From contig OZ024751.1 of the NCBI GenBank assembly GCA_964016885.1, forward strand, positions 1,860,001-1,924,000: DNA of 64,000 nucleotides. Reading direction: 5' to 3'. This document shows, in pieces, positions 11,801-23,600 of the stretch (positions within the stretch are counted from its first letter, which is position 1; every line of letters begins with the position of its first letter). Both the position numbers and the translations under genes were made by a program. The stretch comes from Eledone cirrhosa. Lineage: Eukaryota. Below the pieces are notes generated by a model. That model saw only the letters and a list, made by a program, of their open reading frames with translations, did not search any database and was not told where the DNA came from.

Positions 11801-14800
11801 TGGTGTTGTTGGTGTTAATGTTGTTGGTGTTGTTGGTGTTACTGTTGTTGGTATTGTTGGTGTTACTGTTGTTGGTGTTGTTAGTGTTACTGTTGTTGGT
11901 GTTGTTGGTGTTACTGTTGTTGGTGTTGTTAGTGTTACTGTTGTTGGTGTTGTTTTTGTTGGTGTTGGTGGTGTTGGTGTTACTGTTGTTGGTGTTGGTG
12001 GTCTTACTGTTGTTGGTGTTGTTGGTGTTACTGTTGTTGGTGTTGTTTTTGTTGGTGTTGGTGGTGTTGGTGTTACTGTTGTTGGTGTTGGTGGTCTTAC
12101 TGTTGTTGGTGTTGTTGGTGTTACTGTTGTTGGTGTTGTTGGTGTTACTGTTGTTGGTGTTGTTGGTGTTACTGTTGTTGGTGTTGTTGGCGTTACTGTT
12201 GTTGGTGTTATTGTTGTTGGTGTTGTTTTTGTTGGTGTTGGTGGTGTTGATTTTACTGTTGTTGGTGTTGTTGGTGTTACCGTTGTTGGTGTTGGTGGTC
12301 TTACTGTTGTTGGTGTTGTTGGTATTACTGTTGTTGGTGTTGTTGGCGTTACTGTTGTTGGTGTTGTTGGTGTTACTGTTGTTGGTGTTGTTAGTATTAC
12401 TGTTGTTGGTGTTGGTGGTGTTATTGTTGTTGGTGTTGTTGGTGTTACTGTTGTTGGTGTTGTTAGTATTACTGTTGTTGGTGTTGGTGGTGTTACTGTT
12501 GTTGGTGTTGTTGGTGTTACTGTTGTTGGTGTTGTTGGTGTTACTGTTGTTGGTGTTGTTAGTGTTACTGTTGTTGGTGTTGTTGGTGTTACTGTTGTTG
12601 GTGTTGTTTGTGTTACTGTTGTTGGTGTTGTTTGTGTTACTGTTGTTGGTGTTGGTGGTGTTACTGTTGTTGGTGTTGTTGGTGTTACTATTGTTGGTGT
12701 TGTTGGTGTTACTGTTGTTGGTGGTGTTGGTGTTACTGTTGTTGGTGTTGTTAGTGTTACTGTTGTTGGTGTTGTTGGTGTTACTGTTGTTGGTGTTGTT
12801 AGTGTTACTGTTGTTGGTGTTGTTTGTGTTATTGTTGTTGGTGTTGGTGGTGTTACTGTTGTTGGTGTTACTGTTGTTGGTGTTCTTGGTGTTACTGTTG
12901 CTGGTGTTGTTGGTGTTACTGTTGTTGGTGGTGTTGGTGTTACTGTTGTTGGTGTTGTTGGTGTTACTGTTATTGGTGTTGGTGGTGTTACTGTTGTTGG
13001 TGTTTTTGGTGTTACTGTTGTTGGTGTTGTTGGTGTTACTGTTGTTGATGTTGTTTGTGTTACTGTTGTTGATGGTGTTGGTGTTACTGTTGTTGGTGTT
13101 GTTAGTGTTACTGTTGTTGGTGATGTTGGTGTTACTGTTGTTGGTGTTGTTAGTGTTACTGTTGTTGGAGTTGTTGGTGTTACTGTTGTTGGTGTTGTTT
13201 GTGTTACTGTTGTTGGTGTTGTTGGTGTTACTGTTGTTGGTGTTGTTGGTGTTACTGTTGTTGGTGTTGTTGGTGTTACTGCTTTGGTGTTGTTGGGGTT
13301 ACTGTTGTTGGTGTTGTTGGTGTTACTGTTGTTGGTGTTGTTGGTGTTACTGTTGTTGGTGTTGGTGGTGTTACTGTTGTTGGTGTTGTTGGTGTTACTG
13401 TTATTGGTGTTACTTTTGTTGGTGTTGGTGGTGTGACTGTTGTTGGTGTTGTTGGTGTTACTGTTGTTGGTGTTGTTAGTGTTACTGTTGTTGGTGTTGT
13501 TAGTGTTATTGTTGTTGGTGTTGTTGGTGTTACTGTTGTTGGTGTTGTTAGTGTTACTGTTGTTGGTGTTGTTATTGTTACTGTTGTTGGTGTTGCTGGT
13601 GTTACTGTTGTTGGTGTTGTTGGTGTTACTGCTGTTGGTGTTGTTGGTGTTACTGTTGTTGGTGTTGTTGGTGTTACTGTTTTTGGTGTTATTAGTGTTA
13701 CTGTTGTTAGTGTTGTTAGTGTTACTGTTGTCGGTGTTGTTGGTGTTAATGTTGTTGGTGTTGTTGGTGTTACTGTTGTTGGTATTGTTGGTGTTACTGT
13801 TGTTGGTGTTGTTAGTGTTACTGTTGTTGGTGTTGTTGGTGTTACTGTTGTTGGTGTTGTTAGTGTTACTGTTGTTGGTGTTGTTTTTGTTGGTGTTGGT
13901 GGTGTTGGTGTTACTGTTGTTGGTGTTGGTGGTGTTACTGTTGTTAGTGTTGTTAGTATTACTGTTGTTGGTGTTGGTGGTGTTACTGTTGTTGGTGTTG
14001 TTGGTGTTACTGTTGTTGGTGTTGTTAGTATTACTGTTGTTGGTGTTGGTGGTGTTACTGTTGTTGGTGTTGTTGGTGTTACTGTTGTTGGTGTTGTTGG
14101 TGTCACCGTTGTTGGTGTTGTTAGTGTTACTGTTGTTGGTCTTGTTGGTGTTACTGTTGTTGGTGTTGGTGGTGTTACTGTTGTTGGTGTTGTTTGTGTT
14201 ACTGTTGTTGGTGTTGTTTGTGTTACTGTTGTTGGTGTTGGTGGTGTTACTGTTGTTGGTGTTGTTGGTGTTACTGTTGTTGGTGTTGTTGGTGTTACTG
14301 TTGTTGGTGTTGTTGGTGTTACTGTTGTTGGTGGTGTTGGTGTTACTGTTGTTGGTGTTGTTAGTGTTACTGTTGTTGGTGTTGGTGCTGTTACTGTTGT
14401 TGGTGTTATTAGTGTTACTGTTGTTGGTGTTGTTAGTGTTACTGTTGTTGGTGTTGTTGGTGTTAATGTTGTTGGTGTTGTTGGTGTTACTGTTGTTGGT
14501 GTTGTTGGTGTTACTGTTGTTGGTGTTGTTGGCGTTACTGTTGTTGGTGTTGTTGGCGTTACTGTTGTTGGTGTTATTTTTGTTGGTGTTGTTTTTGTTG
14601 GTGTTGGTGGTGTTGATTTTACTGTTGTTGGTGTTGTTGGTGTTACCGTTGTTGGTGTTGGTGGTCTTACTGTTGTTGGTGTTGTTGGTATTACTGTTGT
14701 TGGTGTTGTTGGTGTTACTGTTGTTGGTGTTATTGGTGTTACTGTTGTTGGTGTTGTTGGTTTTACTGTTGTTGGTGTTGTTGGTGTTACTGTTGATGGT

Positions 14801-16270
14801 GTTGTTGGTGTTGTTGGTGTTACTGTTGTTGGTGTTGTTGGTGTTACTGTTGTTGGTGTTGGTGTTACTGTTGTTGGTGTTGTTAGTGTTACTGTTGTTG
14901 GTGTTGGTGTTGGTGTTACTGTTGTTGGTGTTGTTGGTGTTACTGTTGTTGGTGTTGTTGGTGTTACTGTTGTTGGTGTTGTTGGCGTTACTGTTGTTGG
15001 TGTTATTGTTGTTGGTGTTGTTTTTGTTGGTGTTGGTGGTGTTGATTTTACTGTTGTTGGTGTTGTTGGTGTTACCGTTGTTGGTGTTGGTGGTCTTACT
15101 GTTGTTGGTGTTGTTGGTATTACTGTTGTTGGTGTTGTTGGTGTTACTGTTGTTGGTGTTATTGGTGTTACTGTTGTTGGTGTTGTTGGTTTTACTGTTG
15201 TTGGTGTTGTTGGTGTTACTGTTGATGGTGTTGTTGGTGTTACTGTTGTTGGTGTTGTTGGTGTTACTGTTGTTGGTGTTGTTGGTGTTACTGTTGTTGG
15301 TGTTGGTGTTACTGTTGTTGGTGTTGTTAGTGTTACTGTTGTTGGTGTTGGTGTTGGTGTTACTGTTGTTGGTGTTGTTGGTGTTACTGTTGTTGGTGTT
15401 GTTGGTGTTACTGTTGTGGTGTTGTTAGTGTTACTGTTGTTGGTGTTGTTAGTGTTACTGTTGTTTTTGTTGGTGTTACTGTTGTTGGTGTTGTCAGTGT
15501 TACTGTTGTTGGTGTTGTTAGTGTTACTGTTGTTGGTGTTGTTGGTGTTACTGTTGTTGGTGTTGTTGGTCTTACTGTTGTTGGTGATGTTGGTGTTACT
15601 GTTGTTGGTGTTGTTGGTTTTACTGTTGTTGGTGTTGTTGGTGTTACTGTTGTTGGTGTTGTTGGTTTTACTGTTGTTGGTGTTGTTGGTGTTACTGTTG
15701 TTGGTGTTGTTGGTGTTACTGTTGATGGTGTTGTTAGTATTACTGTTGTTGGTGTTGGTGGTGTTACTGTTGTTGGTGTTGTTGGTGTTACTGTTGTTGG
15801 TGTTGTTGGTGTTACTGTTGTTGGTGTTGTTAGTGTTACTGTTGTTGGTGTTGTTGGTGTTACTGTTGTTGGTGTTGTTGTCGTTACTGTTGTTGGTGTT
15901 GTTGGTGTTACTGTTGTTGGTGTTGTTAGTATTACTGTTGTTGGTGTTGGTGGTGTTACTGTTGTTGGTGTTGTTGGTGTTACTGTTGTTGGTGTTGTTA
16001 GTATTACTGTTGTTGGTGTTGTTGGTGTTACTGTTGTTGGTGTTGTTGGTGTTACTGTTGTTGGTGTTGTTGGTGTTACTGTTGTTGGTGTTGGTGGTGT
16101 TACTGTTGTTGGTGTTGTTTGTGTTACTGTTGTTGGTGTTGTTTGTGTTACTGTTGTTGGTGTTGGTGGTGTTACTGTTGTTGGTGTTGTTGGTGTTACT
16201 ATTGTTGGTGTTGTTGGTGTTACTGTTGTTGGTGGTGTTGGTGTTACTGTTGTTGGTGTTGTTAGTGTTA
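5520..16270. repeat. Higher-order tandem duplication, 2 x ~5.4 kb (offset 5,433, shrinking to 5,346 and 5,322 after internal indels)
   Basis: ORF pairs 5835/11268, 5912/11345, 6076/11509, 7391/12824, 7766/13199 and 7843/13276 are all offset by 5,433. Deletion marker at ~10070/~15416; ACT-ATT variant at 10879/16201. Confidence 0.93.
9180..10065. repeat. Nested 444-bp tandem duplication inside the 5.4-kb unit (429-bp offset in the second copy, ~14540-15410)
   Basis: The GAT-TTT, ACC, GGT-CTT, GTT-GAT variant series repeats: GAT at 9254/9698 and at 14615/15044. Confidence 0.85.
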
Positions 16271-18130
16271 CTGTTGTTGGTGTTGTTGGTGTTACTGTTG
16301 TTGGTGTTGTTAGTGTTACTGTTGTTGGTGTTGTTTGTGTTATTGTTGTTGGTGTTGGTGGTGTTACTGTTGTTGGTGTTACTGTTGTTGGTGTTCTTGG
16401 TGTTACTGTTGCTGGTGTTGTTGGTGTTACTGTTGTTGGTGGTGTTGGTGTTACTCTTGTTGGTGTTGTTGGTGTTACTGTTATTGGTGTTGGTGGTGTT
16501 ACTGTTGTTGGTGTTGTTGGTGTTACTGTTGTTGGTGTTGTTGGTGTTACTGTTGTTGATGTTGTTTGTGTTACTGTTGTTGATGGTGTTGGTGTTACTG
16601 TTGTTGGTGTTGTTAGTGTTACTGTTGTTGGTGATGTTGGTGTTACTGTTGTTGGTGTTGTTAGTGTTACTGTTGTTGGAGTTGTTGGTGTTACTGTTGT
16701 TGGTGTGGTTTGTGTTACTGTTGTTGGTGTTGTTGGTGTTACTGTTGTTGGTGTTGTTGGTGTTACTGTTGTTGGTGTTGTTGGTGTTACTGCTTTGGTG
16801 TTGTTGGGGTTACTGTTGTTGGTGTTGTTGGTGTTACTGTTGTTGGTGTTGTTGGTGTTACTGTTGTTGGTGTTGGTGGTGTTACTGTTGTTGGTGTTGT
16901 TGGTGTTACTGTTATTGGTGTTACTGTTGTTGGTGTTGGTGGTGTGACTGTTGTTGGTGTTGTTGGTGTTACTGTTGTTGGTGTTGTTAGTGTTACTGTT
17001 GTTGGTGTTGTTAGTGTTATTGTTGTTGGTGTTGTTGGTGTTACTGTTGTTGGTGTTGTTAGTGTTACTGTTGTTGGTGTTGTTATTGTTACTGTTGTTG
17101 GTGTTGCTGGTGTTACTCTTGTTGGTGTTGTTAGTGTTACTGTTGTTGGTGTTGTTGGTGTTACTGTTTTTGGTGTTGTTGGTGTTACTGCTGTTGGTGT
17201 TGTTGGTGTTACTGTTGTTGGTGTTGTTGGTGTTACTGTTTTTGGTGTTATTAGTGTTACTGTTGTTGGTGTTGTTAGTGTTACTGTTGTTGGTGTTGTT
17301 GGTGTTAATGTTGTTGGTGTTGTTGGTGTTACTGTTGTTGGTATTGTTGGTGTTACTGTTGTTGGTGTTGTTAGTGTTACTGTTGTTGCTGTTGTTGGTG
17401 TTACTGTTGTTGGTGTTGTTAGTGTTACTGTTGTTGGTGTTGTTTTTGTTGGTGTTGGTGGTGTTGGTGTTACTGTTGTTGGTGTTGGTGGTGTTACTGT
17501 TGTTAGTGTTGTTAGTATTACTGTTGTTGGTGTTGGTGGTGTTACTGTTGTTGGTGTTGTTGGTGTTACTGTTGTTGGTGTTGTTAGTATTACTGTTGTT
17601 GGTGTTGGTGGTGTTACTGTTGTTGGTGTTGTTGGTGTTACTGTTGTTGGTGTTGTTGGTGTCACCGTTGTTGGTGTTGTTAGTGTTACTGTTGTTGGTC
17701 TTGTTGGTGTTACTGTTGTTGGTGTTGGTGGTGTTACTGTTGTTGGTGTTGTTTGTGTTACTGTTGTTGGTGTTGTTTGTGTTACCGTTGTTGGTGTTGG
17801 TGGTGTTACTGTTGTTGGTGTTGTTGGTGTTACTGTTGTTGGTGTTGTTGGTGTTACTGTTGTTGGTGTTGTTGGTGTTACTGTTGTTGGTGGTGTTGGT
17901 GTTACTGTTGTTGGTGTTGTTAGTGTTACTGTTGTTGGTGTTGGTGGTGTTACTGTTGTTGGTGTTGTTAGTGTTACTGTTGTTGGTGTTGTTTGTGTTA
18001 CTGTTGTTGGTGTTGGTGCTGTTACTGTTGTTGGTGTTATTAGTGTTACTGTTGTTGGTGTTGTTAGTGTTACTGTTGTTGGTGTTGTTGGTGTTAATGT
18101 TGTTGGTGTTGTTGGTGTTACTGTTGTTGG
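16080..18130. repeat. Third, partial copy of the 5.4-kb unit (matches ~7140-9120)
   Basis: ORF pairs 7391/16335, 7766/16710 and 7843/16787 are offset by 8,944. Shares the GTC-ACC, GGT-CTT-GTT and GGT-GCT variants. Confidence 0.85.
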
Positions 18131-20639
18131 TGTTGTTGGTGTTACTGTTGTTGGTGTTGTTAGTGTTACTGTTGTTGGTGTTGTTTTTGTTGGTGTTGGT
18201 GGTGTTGGTGTTACTGTTGTTGGTGTTGGTGGTCTTACTGTTGTTGGTGTTGTTGGTGTTACTGTTGTTGGTGTTGTTTTTGTTGGTGTTGGTGGTGTTG
18301 GTGTTACTGTTGTTGGTGTTGTTGGTGTTACTGTTGTTGGTGTTGTTGGTGTTACTGTTGTTGGTGTTGTTAGTATTAATGTTGTTGGTGTCGTTGGTGT
18401 TACTGTTGTTGGTGTTGGTGGTGTTACTGTTGTTGGTGTTGTTGGTGTTACTGTTGTTGGTGTTGTTGGTGTTACTGTTGTTGGTGTTACTGTTGTTGGT
18501 GTTGTTTTTGTTGGTGTTGGTGGTGTTGGTTTTACTGTTGTTGGTGTTGTTGGTGTTACGGCTGTTGGTGTTGTTGGTGTTACTGTTGTTGGTGTTGTTA
18601 GTGTTACTGTTGTTGGTGTTGTTGGAGTTACTCTTGTTGGTGTTGTTAGTATTACTGTTGTTGGTGTTGTTGGTGTTACTGTTGTTGGTGTTGGTGGTCT
18701 TATTATTGTTGGTGTTGTTGGTATTACTGTTGTTGGTGTTGTTGGTGTTACTGTTGTTGGTGTTGTTGGTGTTACTGTTGTTGGTGTTGTTGGTTTTACT
18801 GTTGTTGGTGTTGTTGGTGTTACTGTTGATGGTGTTGTTGGTGTTACTGTTGTTGGTGTTGTTGGTGTTACTGTTGTTGGTGTTGTTGGTGTTACTGTTG
18901 TTGGTGTTGGTGTTACTGTTGTTGGTGTTGTTAGTGTTACTGTTGTTGGTGTTGGTGTTGGTGTCACTGTTGTTGGTGTTGTTGGTGTTACTGTTGTGGT
19001 GTTGTTAGTGTTACTGTTGTTGGTGTTGTTAGTGTTACTGTTGTTGGTTTTGTTGGTGTTACTGTTGTTGGTGTTGTCAGTGTTACTGTTGTTGGTGTTG
19101 TTAGTGTTACTGTTGTTGGTGTTGTTGGTGTTACTGTTGTTGGTGTTGTTAGTATTAATGTTGTTGGTGTTGGTGGTGTTACTGTTGTTGGTGTTGTTGG
19201 TGTTACTGTTGTTGGTGTTGTTGGTGTTACTGTTGTTGGTGTTGTTAGTGTTACTGTTGTTGGTGTTATTGGTGTTACTGTTGTTGGTGTTGTTGGTGTT
19301 ACTGTTGTTGGTGTTGTTAGTATTACTGTTGTTGGTGTTGGTGGTGTTACTGTTGTTGGTGTTGTTAGTATTACTGTTGTTGGTGTTGGTGGTGTTACTG
19401 TTGTTCGTGTTGTTGGTATTACTGTTGTTGGTGTTGTTTGTGTTACTGTTGTTGGTGTTGGTGGTGTTACTGTTGTTGGTGTTACTGTTGTTGGTGTTGT
19501 TGGTGTTACTGTTGTTGGTGTTGTTGGTGTTACTGTTGTCGGTGGTGTTGGTGTTACTGTTGTTGGTGTTACTGTTGTTGATGGTGTTGGTGTTACTGTT
19601 GTTGGTGTTGTTAGTGTTACTGTTGTTGGTGTTGTTGGTTTTACTGTTGTTGGTGTTGTTAGTGTTACTGTTGTTGGTGTTGTTGGTGTTACTGTTGTTG
19701 GTGTTGTTTGTGTTACTGTAGTTGTTGTTGTTGGTGTTACTGTTGTTGGTGTTGTTGGTGTTACTGTTGTTGTTGTTGTTGGTGTTACTGCTTTGGTGTT
19801 GTTGGTGTTACTTTTGTTGGTGTTGTTGGTGTTACTGTTGTTCGTGTTGTTGGTGTTACTGTTGTTGGTGTTGTTGGTGTTACTGTTGTTGATGTTATTA
19901 GTGTTACTGTTGTTGGTGTTGGTGGTGTAACTGTTGTTGGTGTTGTTGGTGTTACTGTTATTGGTGTTACTGTTGTTGGTGTTGGTGGTGTGACTGTTGT
20001 TGGTGTTGTTGGTGTTACTGTTGTTGGTGTTGTTAGTGTTACTGTTGTTGGTGTTGTTAGTGTTACTGTTGTTGGTGTTGTTGGTGTTACTGTTGTTGGT
20101 GTTGTTAGTGTTACTGTTGTTGGTGTTGTTATTGTTACTGTTGTTGGTGTTGCTGGTGTTACTGTTGTTGGTGTTGTTGGTGTTACTGTTGTTGGTGTTG
20201 TTGGTGTTACTGTTGTTGGTGTTGTTGGTGTTACTGTTGTTGGTGTTATTAGTGATACTGTTGTCGGTGTTGTTAGTGTTACTGTTGTTGGTGTTGTTGG
20301 TGTTAATGTTGTTGGTGTTGTTAGTGTTACTGTTGTTGGTGTTGGTGGTGTTACTGTTGTTGGTGTTGTTAGTGTTACTGTTGTTGGTGTTGTTTGTGTT
20401 ACTGTTGTTGGTGTTGGTGCTGTTACTGTTGTTGGTGTTATTAGTGTTACTGTTGTTGGTGTTGTTAGTGTTACTGTTGTTGGTGTTGTTGGTGTTAATG
20501 TTGTTGGTGTTGTTGGTGTTACTGTTGTTGGTGTTGTTAGTGTTACTGTTGTTGGTGTTGTTTTTGTTGGTGTTGGTGGTGTTGGTGTTACTGTTGTTGG
20601 TGTTGGTGGTCTTACTGTTGTTGTTGTTGTTGGTGTTAC

Positions 20640-23600
20640 TGTTGTTGGTGTTGTTTTTGTTGGTGTTGGTGGTGTTGGTGTTACTGTTGTTGGTGTTGTT
20701 GGTGTTACTGTTGTTGGTGTTGTTGGTGTTACTGTTGTTGGTGTTGTTAGTATTAATGTTGTTGGTGTCGTTGGTGTTACTGTTGTTGGTGTTGGTGGTG
20801 TTACTGTTGTTGGTGTTGTTGGTGTTACTGTTGTTGGTGTTGTTGGTGTTACTGTTGTTGGTGTTACTGTTGTTGGTGTTGTTTTTGTTGGTGTTGGTGG
20901 TGTTGGTTTTACTGTTGTTGGTGTTGTTGGTGTTACGGCTGTTGGTGTTGTTGGAGTTACTCTTGTTGGTGTTGTTAGTATTACTGTTGTTGGTGTTGTT
21001 GGTGTTACTGTTGTTGGTGTTGGTGGTCTTATTATTGTTGGTGTTGTTGGTATTACTGTTGTTGGTGTTGTTGGTGTTACTGTTGTTGGTGTTGTTGGTG
21101 TTACTGTTGTTGGTGTTGTTGGTTTTACTGTTGTTGGTGTTGTTGGTGTTACTGTTGATGGTGTTGTTGGTGTTACTGTTGTTGGTGTTGTTGGTGTTAC
21201 TGTTGTTGGTGTTGTTGGTGTTACTGTTGTTGGTTTTGGTGTTACTGTTGTTGGTGTTGTTAGTGTTACTGTTGTTGGTGTTGGTGTTGGTGTTACTGTT
21301 GTTGGTGTTGTTGGTGTTACTGTTGTGGTGTTGTTAGTGTTACTGTTGTTGGTGTTGTTAGTGTTACTGTTGTTGGTTTTGTTGGTGTTACTGTTGTTGG
21401 TGTTGTCAGTGTTACTGTTGTTGGTGTTGTTAGTGTTACTGTTGTTGGTGTTGTTGGTGTTACTGTTGTTGGTGTTGTTAGTATTACTGTTGTTGGTGTT
21501 GGTGGTGTTACTGTTGTTGGTGTTGTTGGTGTTACTGTTGTTGGTGTTGTTGGTGTTACTGTTGTTGGTGTTGTTAGTGTTACTGTTGTTGGTGTTATTG
21601 GTGTTACTGTTGTTGGTGTTGTTGGTGTTACTGTTGTTGGTGTTGTTAGTATTACTGTTGTTGGTGTTGGTGGTGTTACTGTTGTTGGTGTTGTTAGTAT
21701 TACTGTTGTTGGTGTTGGTGGTGTTACTGTTGTTGGTGTTGTTGGTGTTACTGTTGTTGGTGTTGTTTGTGTTACTGTTGTTGGTGTTGGTGGTGTTACT
21801 GTTGTTGGTGTTACTGTTGTTGGTGTTGTTGGTGTTACTGTTGTTGGTGTTGTTGGTGTTACTGTTGTTGGTGGTGTTGGTGTTACTGTTGTTGGTGTTG
21901 TTGGTGTTACTGTTATTGGTGTTGGTGGTGTTACTGTTGTTGGTGTTGTTGGTGTTACTGTTGTTGGTGTCACTGTTGTTGATGTTGTTGGTGTTACTGT
22001 TGTTGATGGTGTTGGTGTTACTGTTGTTGGTGTTGTTGGTGTTACTGTTGTTGGTGTTGTTTGTGTTACTGTAGTTGATGTTGTTGGTGTTACTGTTGTT
22101 GGTGTTGTTGGTGTTACTGTTGTTGGTGTTGTTGGTGTTACTGCTTTGGTGTTGTTGGTGTTACTTTTGTTGGTGTTGTTGGTGTTACTGTTGTACGTGT
22201 TGTTGGTGTTACTGTTGTTGGTGTTGTTGGTGTTACTGTTGTTGATGTTATTAGTGTTACTGTTGTTGGTGTTGGTGGTGTAACTGTTGTTGGTGTTGTT
22301 GGTGTTACTGTTATTGGTGTTACTGTTGTTGGTGTTGGTGGTGTGACTGTTGTTGGTGTTGTTGGTGTTACTGTTGTTGGTGTTGTTAGTGTTACTGTTG
22401 TTGGTGTTGTTAGTGTTACTGTTGTTGTTGTTGTTGGTGTTACTGTTGTTGGTGTTGTTAGTGTTACTGTTGTTGGTGTTGTTATTGTTACTGTTGTTGG
22501 TGTTGTTGGTGTTACTGTTGTTGGTTTTGTTAGTGTTACTGTTGTTGGTGTTGTTAGTGTTACTGTTGTTGGTGTTGTTGGTGTTACTGTTGTTGGTGTT
22601 GTTAGTGTTACTGTTGTTGGTGTTGTTGGTGTTACTGTTGTTGGTGTTGTTTGTGTTACTGTAGTTGGTGTTGTTGGTGTTACTGTTGTTGGTGTTGTTG
22701 GTGTTACTGTTGTTGGTGTTGTTGGTGTTACTGCTTTGGTGTTGTTGGTGTTACTTTTGTTGGTGTTGTTGGTGTTACTGTTGTACGTGTTGTTGGTGTT
22801 ACTGTTGTTGGTGTTGTTGGTGTTACTGTTGTTGATGTTATTAGTGTTACTGTTGTTGGTGTTGGTGGTGTAACTGTTGTTGGTGTTGTTGGTGTTACTG
22901 TTATTGGTGTTACTGTTGTTGGTGTTGGTGGTGTGACTGTTGTTGGTGTTGTTGGTGTTACTGTTGTTGGTGTTGTTAGTGTTACTGTTTTTGGTGTTGT
23001 TAGTGTTACTGTTGTTGTTGTTGTTGGTGTTACTGTTGTTGGTGTTGTTAGTGTTACTGTTGTTGGTGTTGTTATTGTTACTGTTGTTGGTGTTGTTGGT
23101 GTTACTGTTGTTGGTGTTGTTGGTGTTACTGTTGTTGGTGTTGTTGGTGTTACTGTTGTTGGTGTTGTTGGTGTTAATGTTGTTGGTGTTATTAGTGTTA
23201 CTGTTGTTGGTGTTGTTAGTGTTACTGTTGTTGGTGTTGTTGGTGTTACTGTTGTTGGTGTTGGTGGTGTTACTGTTGTTGGTGTTGTTGGTGTTACTGT
23301 TGTTGGTGTTGTTGGTGTTACTGTTGTTGGTGTTATTAGTGTTACTGTTGTTGGTGTTGTTATTGTTACTGTTGTTGGTGTTGTTGGTGTTACTGTTGTT
23401 GGTGTTGCTGGTGTTACTGTTGTTGGTGTTATTAGTGTTACTGTTGTTGGTGTTGTTAGTGTTACTGTTGTTGGTGTTGTTTTTGTTGGTGTTGGTGGTG
23501 TTGGTGTTACTGTTGTTGGTGTTGTTGGTGTTACTGTTGTTGGTGTTGTTGGTGTTACTGTTGTTGGTGTTGTTAGTATTAATGTTGTTGGTGTCGTTGG

